A stretch of 64,000 nucleotides of DNA from Lytechinus pictus (lineage: Eukaryota). How positions within the stretch are numbered: position 1 is the first letter of the stretch; each line of letters begins with the position of its first letter. Positions 8,846 to 23,100 of the stretch are shown here, piece by piece. The notes under the pieces were generated by a model. It was given only the letters and a program-made list of their open reading frames with translations. It was not told the origin of the DNA and ran no database searches. The stretch lies in contig NC_087245.1 of the NCBI RefSeq assembly GCF_037042905.1, forward strand, positions 35,032,001 to 35,096,000. Reading direction: 5' to 3'. The translations under genes and the position numbers were made by a program.

Positions 8846-10100
8846 TCAATCCTCTTCACACTTGGCAGTACGTAAGGTCTCAACAGCTGAACGCAAGTTT
8901 CTTCTGTTCTGGGCGAGTATCGCCAGCCCATTCCAAGTTTGGTTGATTTGTATAATTTCTTGTTCTATGGTTCTCCTGCATGTCCCTTTTGGTCTGCCCC
9001 TCTTTCTTTGCCCGTGTGGTGTCCATCGTAGTGATGTCTTGTATGTCTGGTACTGTCCATGTGCAGTATGCGTCCCAACCATCTCCAACTTCTTCTAGTT
9101 ATTTCTATGTTTATGTCATTGATTCCTGTTATTTCTTGCACTTCCTTGTTTGTTATTATTTGTAGTCATATTGGCCTGTATTCTGAAGTCAGGTTTAACT
9201 TAGACTCAGGTTTAAAGTTGTGGTTTAAGTATGGGAAGCCAAAAGTATCAATTTTTTTATTAAGTTTTACGTTTCTTATGTTTACTGTGCTCTTTCCTGA
9301 TTCATCGATGGTGAAGACAATAATCTATATAATACTTCCTAGACAATTATGAATGATTTGAGAGCCAAATGAGCTGAAATATGATATCTCTACCGTTAGT
9401 GATTTATGTAACAATTGGCTGTCCATACTTAAACCACAACTTTAAACCCGAGTTTAAGTTAAACCCGACTTCAGAATACGGGCCCTTGTATTTAGAATTC
9501 TGAGGACATCTCCCCTCAAAGCCCCTCAGCTTTGACTTTATTATTTTGTTGGTCGTTGATGTTTCTACTCCATAGAGTAATACTATCCTATACTTCGGTA
9601 CTGTTTTATATTTGTAGTTCTTGATATCTCTCTTGATTTCCATATAATGTTCAGATTGCTGAATGCACTTGCTGCTTTAATCCCCAATCCTTACTTTTAA
9701 TCCTGTCATGATATTTCTACTGTTGTTTATAGAGTGATCCTCAAATAGCAAATATCATCAACTTGCTCAATGTCTTTCTCATTTAATTGAGCAGACTATT
9801 TGTGATTCCCATTGATCACCATCAGTTTTGTCTTCTCATTTATTTTGAGTCCAACCTGGCTGGCTTCAAAAGCTCATGTGTGTCTTTTCTTGCATTTAGT
9901 TTCTATAGTATGTGATGTCAGATAGATGTCATTGGCAAAATGTTAATCTTCTAGGGAAGTCGTCAATGTTCATTTTATTCCTGAATTTGTTCCATTATTA
10001 GTTCAGTAATTCTCGGCATGACCCAGTCAGCTGCAAACAAGAAAAGAAAAGGTGATAGCATACACCCCTGCCTTACTCCTGAAGTTATATTAAACCAATG
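8846..10100 (-). mobile_element. Degenerate 3' fragment of an RTE-type non-LTR retrotransposon (RT C-terminus)
   Basis: Minus-strand translation gives SGVRQGCMLSPFLF (~10085), a decayed LED*HFANDI (FADD motif) and C-terminal WTPHGQRKRGRPK...LAQNRRNLRSAV. Confidence 0.85.
9173..9484. mobile_element. MITE with ~60-bp TIRs (GGCC termini, Harbinger-like) inserted in the LINE fragment
   Basis: GGCCTGTATTCTGAAGTCAGGTTTAACTTA... / ...TAAGTTAAACCCGACTTCAGAATACGGGCC. Confidence 0.85.
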
Positions 10101-11021
10101 CACATGAACCCGTAATACATTTTCTTGATTATGTTTACATATTTTGTTCAGTTTTGTTCAGGGATATTTGATTCTGCTGAGGCTAAGGTCAGGTCCACAT
10201 AGTCCAAGGAGAACATATAGGTAGGCCTAAGTTTAAAACTCCTAGCAGACAGTCTAATGGCAACTAGTTGTGAGAATTTCCATTTCTTAAATTACAAAAA
10301 AAAATCATAGTGCTTTAGACCAAATAGACAATGAAGTCTAAAACATATATTTCACACATTAATGCTTGGATATATTCGGGGGAGCTCAATAGAGTCCTAT
10401 GTTAGACCCTAATTTTAGCCTAAAAAGAATGTTATGTTGCCCTCCGCACATCCGACCGACCGTTATAAAATGGACAAAAAAAATCAGTATAGACTCAAAC
10501 ATACCAATGCAATGGTGTTGTTTTTTTATAAAATGTCAGATTTGGCCAAAGAATTTGCTAAAATTTGCAATCAACGGCTTAAAAAAACGACTGACCAACC
10601 AAAAATTTCTGATTTGGGCATCGTCAAATTTTTTTAAATCTAGGCCTTAAAACAGTGTGTGCACCACTGATCTGAACACTACAGACCAGTGGTGTGCATG
10701 GAGTCTACCGTAGTGCATAATGCAGGTTAACCCTAAAAGGACTGGGCTATATGAGATGTATTGAGGACTGGGGGCAAGATGCCCCCCCCCCTTCTGATCT
10801 CGGCTGCCATTCCTGCGATTGCACCAAACTTTGGCACGCACATACTTTACCACATAAAGTACAAGCCAGTATTGAAAAAAAATATATATATATTTATTAT
10901 GGATAAATTATGCGAATTTATTCTTTAACACCCAATTACACTTCAAATTTTCATTTTTTTCCAGGTGTCATCTTTTTAATCTTATATAAAGGATTCCACA
11001 AAGAAAAATGGCAAAAGTCAA

Positions 11022-11703
11022 TTTTTGTCTCACCTGCATAGCAGAGTGAGACTATAGGCACCGCTTTTCCAACGGCGGCGGCGGCGTCAACACCAAATCT
11101 TCATTAACCGAAGGTTAAGTTTTTGAAATGACAGCATAACTTAGAAAGCATATGGACCTAGTTCATGAAACATGGCCATAAGGTTAATCAAGTATTACTG
11201 AACATCCTGCCCGAGTTTCATGTCACATGACCAAGGTCAAAGGTCATTTAGGGTCAACGAATAACTTTGGCCAAATTGGGGATATCTGTTGAATTACCAT
11301 CATAACTTTGAAAGTTTATGGATCTGATTCATGAAATTTGGACATAATAGTAATCAAGTATCACTGAACAATCTGTGCAAATTTCAGGTCACATGACCAA
11401 AGTCAAAGGTCATTTAAGGTCATTGAACTTTGACCATTTTAGAGGTAATTATTAGATTGCTGTCATAACTTTCAAAGTTTATAGATATAGTGTATAAAAT
11501 GTGGATATAGGGGTAATCAAGTATATCACTGACAAGTTTTAGGTCACATGATCAAGGTCCAATGTCAATGAACGTAGTATTGTATCATTATATGAATGGT
11601 GTTTTTTGTGAATAATTATTTACATGGTGTTTTTCAAAGTCAGCACTGCTGCTATATTGAATCGCGTGATGCAGGTGAGACCGCCAGAGGCATTCCACTT
11701 GTT
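11022..11703 (+). mobile_element. Helentron/DINE-like non-autonomous element
   Basis: Subterminal inverted repeat GTCTCACCTGCAT / ATGCAGGTGAGAC, short 5' IR, T-rich ends without TSD, and internal tandem subrepeats with the AAGGTCAAAGGTCA motif. Related fragments occur at ~8620-8790 (reverse), ~39890 and ~42820. Confidence 0.65.
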
Positions 11704-12617
11704 TCCTTATGTATTTCTTTGTTTTTAGAATTTCTTATGTATTTCTCTGTTTTGTCATCATCACAACTAAATTAAATCCTGAAGTAATTACAGACTGAAA
11801 AAAAAGAAATAACACCAACTAATCCTGGTGATTAAAAGAAATCAAATTTCTGTAAGAAGACTCTCCTCATTATAGCTGGTGATAAAAAGGACATTAACAT
11901 TGAAATACAGTTCAAATTATCAACAAATAACACACAACAAATACATAATTATAAAAGAAAAAAAGGAAATGGTAGAAATAAAAAATGAAAGAGAAAAATA
12001 AGAAAAGAGAGAAAAAAAGAAGAAGAAGAGGAAGGAGGAGAAAAGTAAATAGATGATGATAGTAACGAAAGAACGAAGAACAAATCAATGTGCCCTTTTT
12101 GTTTTAATGAAATACTTTACCTTTTTTGAAGTAAAACATTATTTTAGGTTTAAAAAACTCGCATCGATTAGTAAGGTCTTTCCTTGTTTACAAAAATGCT
12201 TAGAATGTTCAGTTTTCAGGTTAGAATATCACATTTTTTTTGGCCCGTGCGTTTTGCGGTCTCATCAATTATTGTTTAATAATTAAGGTACTAATATTGT
12301 TCTCGGTTACAAGTGCGTTTAGAATGTCCAGTTTTCAGGTTGAAATATCACAATTCTTGAGCTCGCGCTTCCTGCTCGCATTGTTCGATTGGTGAGATAT
12401 GTCCCGTAGGTATGTATCCTATCATTCACTAAATGTAGTCCAGTATATTAAAAATTTCAGGTCGTGCTTTGCGCTTGCGTCAATTCTTTAATTAGATACA
12501 AATTTTTTTTCAAGATAACAAAAACTGCTTGGAATATGCCATTTAATTTTCATGTCTTATTATTAAATGAAATGCCCCAAAGTTTGAGCTTGCGATTCGC
12601 GCTTGTAACATCTCGCG

Positions 12618-13213
12618 AGGGTAGGCTGGAAATATTTACATCTCAATAAATAGAATAAAATTCACTAAGCAAAATGCTGAAAATTTGATCAAAATGGGAT
12701 AACATAAGTTATTGAATTTCTAAGATTTGCATTATTTCGGTGAAACAGTTCGTCTAGGCATGTCTTCATAATATTTATTTGGTGGGCTGATGATCATATC
12801 CCACTTGTTCTTTGGTATTTCATTATATGAAATTAGGTTTATTAAAAAATTTCTACCAAAAGCAAGAACTAGAATAATTGGATTGACAACTGATTAAGTG
12901 CGTTATAGTCATCTATTGCCGCAACTTATCATAATAGAGACACATCATTTACACATGTATGAAAAAATGAAACAATTATGATTTCATGTAATAACATATA
13001 AGAAAAAGGAAAATGGGGATATGACATCATCAGCCCACCTAATGAATATTCATGACGATGTACGTATAACTGCTTTCACAAAATATTGATAAACTTTAAA
13101 ATTCAATAACTTTGTTATTTGTTATCCGATTTTGATGAAATTTTTAACATTTTGCATTGTGATTTTTACTCTATTTATTTAGATATAAATATTTTTAGCA
13201 CGGACCATCCCTA
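12618..13213. mobile_element. Kolobok-type MITE nested in a CTCGCGCTT-motif repeat (~12150-13478)
   Basis: Internally inverted structure ending CGGACCATCCCT. The flanks on both sides match the continuous repeat at ~32150-32830. Confidence 0.55.
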
Positions 13214-13901
13214 TAATAACAGTAATTAGCGCCATAATTGACCAAAAAGCGAGTTTCACAATTGAAGATTTGATTTTTTTCTCTAAAATTACAACCTAAA
13301 TATATATATGTTATCAATTAGAAATCACTTTAAAAAAAGGCTTTGCTCAATCACTACAAAATACACAACTACTTCATGCATTCGATAATCCCATGGTAAA
13401 TATATCAATTTGCACCAAAATGCAGGTTCCTAGCTGCCCCCCCCCCTAGCTCCATGGGCCCCACTGAATATGCCACTGTGTAGGTATATACTAAAGTTAC
13501 TTTATACAAAATTTTGTGAAAATAGGTAAATAGATTATATAATTACATAGACTGATGGATCTATTTTTTTATCTTTGTGGTGATCTTTTTTTTTTTTTTT
13601 GGGGGGGGGGCTTGATCTTTTTAGGGGAGTTGAACTGCCTCTGCGTGTCATATGCCTGAATATAGCCCCTTTTATTATCAAACCGTTTGTCAAATTCGAT
13701 CAGAATGTAGTTTGGATCTTATTTCTCTCTGGCCCTTTAACGATGCCGTAGTAAAACCCACTACTTTTGGCTGCATTTTTGGTATGCTAACTTCACGCGA
13801 TTTACAGCTTGAAAGCGCCATATTGGAATGTGAAATCTTTGTGTTCAACCGACGTTGTTCTTGTAATTTTTCACCTCTGAGAACAGAATAATTGAGCAAT
13901 T

Positions 13902-14160
13902 ATGGCAGGAACAGGTGCAAACAGTGTTCCTCTGGGAGCTTTGCATCCAGTCTTCAGTGGAGGAGGAAAATCATCTGGAAATGACTCGATGTTGAACGCT
14001 GCCCGTGAAGCAGCTGCGAGGGTGACTGCGAACATCCTGAAACGGGATCACGCCGGGATTGCCGGCCGACCAGCGCAGGCCCAGAGTACCGCTACCAGCG
14101 GACCTGTGTCGGCCGCTCATCACCCATTAACAATGCCCGGTCAGCGCCAAATCATTGAAC
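13902..14160 (+). CDS. SF1: SF1 exon 1 (coding part)
   Basis: [15 protein letters not shown]...; donor GTAAGA at 14161; phase 1. Confidence 0.9.
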
Positions 14161-17100
14161 GTAAGACACTAAGACGGCTTACTTTAGACAGTATGTTGGT
14201 ATGTTTAGCTATATTACCCAGGGCAGGGTGACCAGATTTCACAAAATGAAATACGCAGCCTAGATCTAGTAGTACTCAGTAGAATAGATTAAAAAAATAA
14301 TTATAGGCCCTACGCCTATAATAATACGGGACGACAAAAAAGATCAACAAAGAAGGCTACACAGTGAGTTAGAGTTAGACTTGTGAAAAAAATAAAGAAT
14401 TGGAAGGGAGGGTGATATGAAGGAGAGAAAGAAAGAAAAATTGAAAGGGAAAATGAAAGAAAAGGATGAAAAATTGAAAGAAAGAATAAAAAGAGAAAAA
14501 AAGGTTTCCGTCAATATTTGAATTGAATTTAGAAAGAAAGAAAAAGAAAGGACTTCGGGAAGATGAATAAATGTGTTGAAAGACAAAATGAAGGAGGAAA
14601 GAAAAAAGAAAGTTAGAAAAAAGGAGGAAAGAATGATGGAAAGAAAATTGTTTCCTTCATTCTTTTCTTTGAAAGAAACATAAAAAAAAACAGGAAGGGG
14701 CGAAGGAAGGGATGGAAAGAAAGAATAAGGGAAAAAATAAAATGAAAGAAAGGAAGAAAGAATTGAGGGAGGAGAGAATGAAAATAAGAGGGGGAAGAGA
14801 GAAAGAACGAAAAGAAAAATGAGAGCTAAGGGAGAAGGAAGCAAAGGAAAGAAGGCAGGTAAGACTAGAGAAAGAAAGGAAAATGAACAGAGAAAGGATC
14901 AGGACAGAAAGATAGGAAATACAGATTCATGTAAGATGGAACAAAAAAGGGCAGGCAGGAAGGATAGGACGAAGAAACGGGAAAAAAGTTCAAGCAACAA
15001 AAACAATCCAATCATCTAACAAAAATCATAATATTTGGTGTTTTTTAAATAAATTTGTATTAAAAAAAAATGTTTTAGAAATGAATAAAATTTCAAAGTG
15101 AAACATTTTCAACTTAATAATCAGAAGAAACATCGGGGCATCATACACAACAAGACTCAAAATGAAAGCTGAAACCATTAGATAAAAACTCTATAACTTG
15201 TTCCTCCGATTACATCTCCAAATCAGTAATCTGAGAATCCATAATATAATTATACAAATTTCCCGCCGATTTTGTTATTATTTTGGAAAACTGTTTATAA
15301 TGTCATTGTTTGCACCATTGAGAATCTGCTCCGATCCTACATGCCTAGCTAGTAGCCTGCCACACACAGGCAGGAGGCCAGTTCGTTTGCAATGCATTGC
15401 GTTTAGCAAGAAAATCACCGCAGAACTTGCAGAAGTTTAGTTATTGATTTTATTGTTGTTTCTGCTTCGTCATCTGTTGGTATTCGATGAAAATTTACCT
15501 TTTTAAAATGTATTAACTACATTTTGTTCAATATTCTGAAATACAGGACAAATAGGCGTCCCGGGAAGGGTTCATTGGGACGCCGGGACAAAGGAGCAAA
15601 ATACAGGACGATCCCGGGAAATACGGGATGTCTGGTCACCCTGATATTACCCAAAAATTAAAAGGCAAGACTTCCATATGTCCCCTCGTGCCTCGGCCCT
15701 CCACTAAAAATTTTAAAAAAAATATGGAGCTAATGTATGGACCATACTCCATACTAGCTCCATATTTTTTTTTTCAATTTTAAATTTTTAGTGGAGGGCC
15801 GAGGTGACATGGAAGTCTTGCCTTTTAATTTTTTGGTAATATAGCTAAACATGTCAACATATGGTATGAGAAAAGTTTAAAGCCTAACGTTTTGATCTAA
15901 AGTTTAACTTAAAGGTCAAGTCCACCCCAGAAAAACGTTGATTTGATTTTGAATAATCTAGGTTCTAAACATAAAAAATCAAACTAATGTTAGAGTAGAA
16001 TAATGCTAAAATGAACATCAAATTTCTTCAAAATCGGATGTAAAAATAAAAGTAAGAAAGTTATGGCATTTAAAATTTCGCTTAAATATTTTTCACAAAC
16101 AAAACAAGTGATATGCACTAACCTTGAGGACTTCGTGTTGATATTTTAAAACATTTTTACATATACTTCTTCATCACGAAGCCTTGAAACCCTTGCCATA
16201 GGCATATAAGCGAGACTTGTCAACAAAGATGGATTATCCTAGGAAATCCATCTTTGAAGATAGAAATCACGTAAATTTGTTTGATTCCATTTATCTATAC
16301 ACCTTCATACGCCTAATGGGTATGAAGGTGCAAAAAAAAGAGTTGATAAAAATGTGAAAAATGAGAGGTTTCTTACCAGACCGATCTCGTGTATATCCCT
16401 CGATCCATTCATAAACACCGCAAATACAATAAGCGTGACCCTTGAACTGCTTCCTTATGACGTACAGTACCTTCGATAAGGAATGTTACAAAATGCTGTT
16501 TTGAAGAACAATTTATAGATAAAAATTATTATTTAACAAATAATAAAATTTGAAACTTGATTATAAATAATTATAATTATAAATTATTAGTATAATAATA
16601 ATTATTTGTAATCAAGCTTCAAATTTGTTTATATCTGTGTTTATCAATGTACATGTAGCTCTGATGCAAGCATCTTCAAGTTGGCCAATGCAGCAGCAAC
16701 CAGAGACTTCTAAGCGTCGCAAACGGAGTCGATGGGGTGGAGAGGATGTCAAGGCTGCGCCAGGTGTGGCTACCGTTATCCCTTCAGGCCTGTCAAAGGA
16801 ACAAGAAACACAAGTCTTATGTGAGTATACCTTTTACATTATTCTGGCTTGAATGAAATTTCATCTATATCTTCAATGTCATTTTCCTCCATTCTAAATA
16901 TTTGATATTTTTCTCTTGCCATATTACTGCCCTGCAAAACAAAGAAAGACTGATATAAGAATCTGGTCTTCGTAAGTTAGCTTGGATTTTTATTTTGATC
17001 TTCATTCTCAATAGGTGAATGTCTTTGCTCTTTACTCAAGTTGTCCCAAGGTTATAATACACATGTTCTTGTATGTATTTTCAATTGGTATTTGGTATTT

Positions 17101-20100
17101 AGCATGTGTACGAAAATAAATGTGATTTAACTTGACACATGAATTTTCTTCTCACAAATTTACAATTTCCATTTAGTTCAGGTTTTCAGATGTGAAGCTT
17201 TGTGAAAGGATGAGCTTGTTTGCTTTCTTGCTTTTTTTTTAGAAGTAAAATAATATGTTGATAAATAGCATGCAGTGTATGATTATCTATAGTCTATTCA
17301 AACTGGACGGTCCACTGGTGCCCGCCTGAGGCTGTTCGTAACTGGCGAAATTTCTTCCAGACCGATGGACTGCTTAAACAAAGAAAAACTTAAGAAATTC
17401 AGAGTCACCACTTCAGGCCTTTATTTTCTGATGTGGATCTATTTATCAAAACTTTCACATGATACCAAGTAGTTGAGGTAGAGCTACAATGTATGAAAAT
17501 AATAGTACGAAAGCAGGATTTTTCAATTTTCTTGCTTGAATTTAATCGGCCCGAAATGTTATAATCCCAGTTGCATGGGCGCAGCCATTTTGTTCTGTTT
17601 TTTATTGCGATGGATCAATATTCTGAAGTAAACTAAAAGTGCAAACAAAGCAGACAGAGCAAAGTGGCTGTACCCATGCAACTGGGATAATAACTTTTCG
17701 GGCTGATAAATTTAAGCAAGAAAATTGGGAGATCCTGCTTGGTTGAATTGGATCTATTATTGATTTCAGGTTTGGAAAAAAAGTCTCAAGTTTTGACCAT
17801 AGGTCTACATGTAGCTAGCAAATAAAGGCCTGAAAAGTGGTACATATGCATAGTCTAGTGACACAGAATTTCTTATGTATTTCTTTATTTTGGCAGTACA
17901 CCTGTCTCTGCCGAAAAAATCCTGGGCGGTAAAAAAAAACCCCGGAATGTCTCACCCCTGATTATCTTCAGTTTTGTATCAATAACAATACATAAAACAG
18001 GCTTCACACAATGCTTCTATATTGAAGGAAATATGATAAGAATTGTACTTCAATCCTCCGTACAAAAAACTACAACAGTGATTGATGAAATACTTAATCC
18101 TTAAGCCTGGTTCTTACCTGGCTAAAAAAATGTTTTGCGAAGAGTTTGCAAGGATGTGAATGTCGAATAATGGTAAAGTCCATCTACATATATTTGCATT
18201 TTATGCTGCAAAAATTGTTTGTGTGTAACTTTGGTTTGCTTTTCATTTGCGAAGAAAATTTAAAAGAAAATAAAAAATACTTACTCTTAGTATTGTGACA
18301 TTCACATTTTTAAGACTTTGTGTTTTTATATTATATTTTTATATATAAAAAAATGCTTTCCCTTTTACCCTTTAGTTTTCTCTTTCCTCATGCATTTTAA
18401 TGGTATCTTATAGTAAGTACATGTAGTAACAAATGTGCTAGCTTTCAAATACACATGTTGATGTAAATTTACATGTATCAATTACGGTTTTTATTTGTGC
18501 CTTTTTGCTTAATTTAGTCTTGTTCAATGTGGCTGATTTATTGAATTTATATTTTTATGTACCTAGTTAACATCTTTCATTATAATCAGGAGAACTTTTA
18601 ACTCCTTTTCTGTGATTGCCATGTAATCTGTGTATCTACGTGTTAACTTCCTTCTATCCAAAATGTCAGTTGGTATTTTTCTTCAAAATTATCTGCAACT
18701 TTCAATATAATTTGGGTTTAGGGTTCAAGTGGCAGTCTCCTTGCCAAACTATTCATTGAAATTTCAGGAAAATCTTCAAAGGGGAAGTAAATGATACAGA
18801 CATCTGGGCCCTATAACATACAGATTTGTGCATTTTAACAGTGTTAATTTTACACATTTTATTTATATTGATCACTATCAGGATGTGCAACCAATCATTT
18901 AAATCAACTTCACAATCGCTTTAATAGCTTTTTGTAACAGGATCCAATTTATTCCAATTGTAGGCTTGTGATGGTATAGCACTGGCCTATATGCGAATGC
19001 TCCAAGGTCTGTTTAATAAGGTTCATTTACACAGTAGATTTTTAAACAAAATGATGCCTATGTGACACTGAAATTTTCTTTACTATGTGCTGTAATCCAA
19101 TAACTGTGCATGTATGATCGAGATAATGTGTTAAAAAAAATACTGAGACGATAACTGACAATGGGTAAGGGCGTTAATTTTGCATATAAGTGAAGTGATT
19201 GCATTTTTATCACTTCACTGAAAATGACATGTGCATCATTTTATTTCCTGTGTATTGAATACCATGGTGTATTGAATTGGTAAATAATCCTATAAAGTCT
19301 CACTTTTATGATTATGCCATGATCAGTCACTGCTCAATACAATTTCTTCCAGACCGATGGATTGCTAAAATAACGAAAATCATGAGAAATTGGACTGAGA
19401 GTAAGACTTACATTTCCTTACCTAGATCTATAGAAAAACTTTTCACATGATACTTTAATTTCCAAACTTCAATCAGCCAACATTCCAATCAGGATTTCTC
19501 AATTTTCTTGCTTGAAATTATCTGCCCATAACATAATCCCTGTGCTTGGGCACAGTCTTTTTGTTCTGTTTTATGTTTAAAGTTACTCCGATCCATAGAA
19601 ATTCTCCTGTAGAGTAAGAGTTGCGAACAAACAAAACAACATGACCGTGCCCATGCAACATGATTATAACGCTACGGGATGATAATTCAAGCAAGAATAT
19701 AGAAAAAAATCCTGCTCAAATGGTTATTATTTTCCGAACTTTGCTTGCTTGATTAAAGGTTTGGAAATATAGTATTTTAAAGTTTCGATAGATCAAGTTG
19801 AGGGAATACAGGCCTTTGGCTTTGGTGACACTGAATTTTGTATTTTATTATTTTAAGTGGTCCTCCGGTCTTCGCAAAAAATTTCTGGGCAGCCACTGGT
19901 AAAAAACCCCACAACAACCTGTAATGACTCTACCCTTATGAAAATATTGGAACACTGACTTTATATTAGTGCCAATTTTTTATTTATCAACAGGAAAAAA
20001 GAACATCGTATTTGTATAATAAAGGTTGCTTGTATGTTTCTTTATGTTTATTGATGAAAGAAAAAAGCAAGCATCAAGTTTGTCCTAAATACTTTTTCAC

Positions 20101-23100
20101 CGCATAATTATAAATGAACATGTATGACCCACTCTTTTGTCTCCTTTCTAACCATACTTTACCCACTACAGTACATCTGCAGATTGAAGAATTGAGCCGT
20201 AAACTACGAACCGGAGAGCTTGGTGTGCCACCCAATGTGGAGGATAGGTTTGTCAAAGACTTCATTAACTGTAACTCCATTCTCATTTGATTTCCTTCTT
20301 TTCTTTTGCTCTAATCCCTATTGTAATTAATTTCATTCATACCCCTTTTTTTCGAATTGAATTTGAAATCACATTCGGTAGGCTTGTGCTCATGTTTGAT
20401 ACACATATTTGTGCAGTTAGGTTATGGGTATTGAATAATACCTGGGCTCTGTTGACAAAGGTTTGCAGTTCGTCAGTAAATACCAGTCAAGATCCCATGT
20501 ATTTTGTTCCAAACACTGACAAGGAAGAAATTGGAACTGTTCTCTCATATATGCAATCCACCGCAAACCTTTGTGTTACAGTACCCAGGCTTATTTTCAA
20601 ACCAGGCACTGAGTCTCTTGACTGTGACCATCTTTGCCAGACTGCATTTTCAACCACAGTATACATTTTGCATTCAAGTGAACTTCTGCTGGTTTAGATT
20701 TTTACATTATTTTTTTGCCACTCATTTGACCCCATCCTATCGTAAAATACTAGAAAATTATTTTCATTAATATTTGATTGAAAAAAATGATTATGTTCGG
20801 TCCATTTTGCTTTCTCATCAATTTTCTGATGTTTTGTGATTGTATTGTGATTGTACAAGCAAATTAGATTGCTTTCCATCCTGATCCAGAATTACTGTAC
20901 ATTCAATTTTGCTAATCACAATTATATTGTAGTTGCATCCTATGGCCTGCGCAGGACACATGGTATTTGTACTGACATATGATTAGCTACATGTAAGCGT
21001 GATTATATGATTAGTGGAGGGGCATTGTATGATGTCAGTATGGCCTCTGTATTGCCAACAACTGGTATACAGAGTGGAAAGTCTTAAAATGGACCTTGTT
21101 TTTAGCCTCAGTGACGTTTAGTCCTACGTAGATGTAGCCCTAGATTTCATCAAATAATTGGGCACCTGATGGTTAGGTTTGACCTACACAGCGTAGGAAA
21201 TAAATGAGGGCGACAGGTGATTTTGCCTTCTTGACTGCCCAAATAGCCCCTAAAATTCCCCCAGAATGCTTGCTTTGGGGCGACCATTCTTTCTAGAGTT
21301 GCCCCAAGATCTGTTTCAAACAATGTTCAAGAAAATCAATATTCTAACTGTGGTAGAAAAATAATATTTGCTTTTACTGCACAATTACTTTTTACCCCTA
21401 AAAATTAGTCCTTCAAATGAAAGAAATACATGTAGCCCCCAAAATTCTGCAATCGCCCCTAAACAATAGAAATTGTATCTTACCCTGGACCTACATGTAC
21501 ATGTACATACAGTGACAAAGGTTTATTAAAGTGGATTTTTCTGTGAACATTAACCATTAAAAATAGGCTTTAACATTCATTTCACTTTTTTAAAGAAAAG
21601 AACATGTTTAAGGGGGGTTTTAATAGGCAAATGTTTTTGAAGGAAACAAATGTTACAAGAAATTACTTTAAAAAAATTACGGTATGATATATATTTTATT
21701 TCATAAATATGATTCAAAAAGAAGAATAAGAGTTTCATTTTTCTCTTCTTATTCAAATCAACATTTTGCTGGGGTGGACTTTACCTTTAAGGGTCGTGTT
21801 GAGCAATTCCTTTTTTCATTGAAAATTCTTCTATTTTTTTTTTGGGGGGGAGGGGGAGGGGGCCATCAGATCATGATTCCCTTTTTTGGTTGCATAATGT
21901 TGGCAGCTATGACACACCTTGAGTTTGCCTTTGATGACTTTCGGAAAAGGGCCTTCTTGCAGAAACCAGGTGCTCAAGTTAACTCTTAAGACCCACCCCT
22001 CGTCACAAGTACATGTTTCAATATTTTTGTTGATCTTAAGTTCCCAGTTTTTCGGCTTTCCGCGATAAGGAATATAGGAAAAGAATAATGGAATTCATGA
22101 AAAACACACAATTCACAGAATTTACGAAGAACATGTTGAAACAAAGCAAAATCCGAAACTTTGCATTCTTAAGTAAACTATCTGCCCATCGAACCTCTTC
22201 ACAGTGTTTAATGTAGCAAGTGGTTGCCAAGCTTTATCTCCATGGAAACTTGTGTTTTTCTCAGATGCTCACTATTTACATAGTCTGCTTTATCATGTTT
22301 CTGTACATGTCACCAAATAATACCAAGTTGGCATACATGTATAAGGAAGTGGAGAACGGAGGTCTTTGAAGTCTCTGTCTCGTATTAATTGATCAATATC
22401 AGGCAATCTAAAGTACATATAGGATGGAATGTCATGTATTGATATGATTTGCATTTTCCACTATTTTAATTCACTTTTAGTTTTGAATTTGTAGCTAGTC
22501 TTTTATCTTAACTTTGATGAAATACAGGTTTATTTTTCCTTACAAATGTGTGCTCAACCGGTATTTTTTTAATGTGCTGGCAAAGATATAATAGTTATTA
22601 AATGCATGCTATCTCATGTTTTTGTCTAGCATAAATAGGTTGATACTGTATGTCAGGGAAGCATATAACCATTTCATTGTCTCTCTCCAAATCACATAAG
22701 TCATAATGATCTTTTCCCATATTTCTTTTTCACAAATGATTAAATCCTAACCAAAATTTTCTCCTAGAGATTTACAAGTTTGCATTTGAATTTCAGTTAT
22801 CATGCAGACTATTATTTTTCACAACTGATTAAATCCTAACCAAAGTTTTCTCCCAGAGTTTTGCAAGTTTGCATTGCTAGTACTATTATAACCATAATGC
22901 AAATGATTGCTAACCTTTTCCCTCCAAATGAAAATTGTATTTTCTCACGAAATGTTATGTATTTTATGATGAGAGCAATGATTGTTTTATAGCCTAGCAA
23001 TTAAAGAAGGTTGACCTCTGCTTCCAACTGAATTTCCCTTGGGCCATGCCAGAAAGATGACCTGGTCTTTTGCACCCAACCAACCTGGACATCAAAATTT

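Noticed and set aside
14344..14844. 166-aa Phe/Ser/Leu-rich ORF resembling a membrane protein (also 56723-57140)
   Set aside because: It is the antisense reading of a purine-rich low-complexity tract inside a hAT-like element, and the frame is not conserved between the two copies.
22737..22875. Two ~89-bp-spaced repeats in SF1 intron 3 as a regulatory element
   Set aside because: An ordinary diverged local tandem duplication with no further evidence of function.
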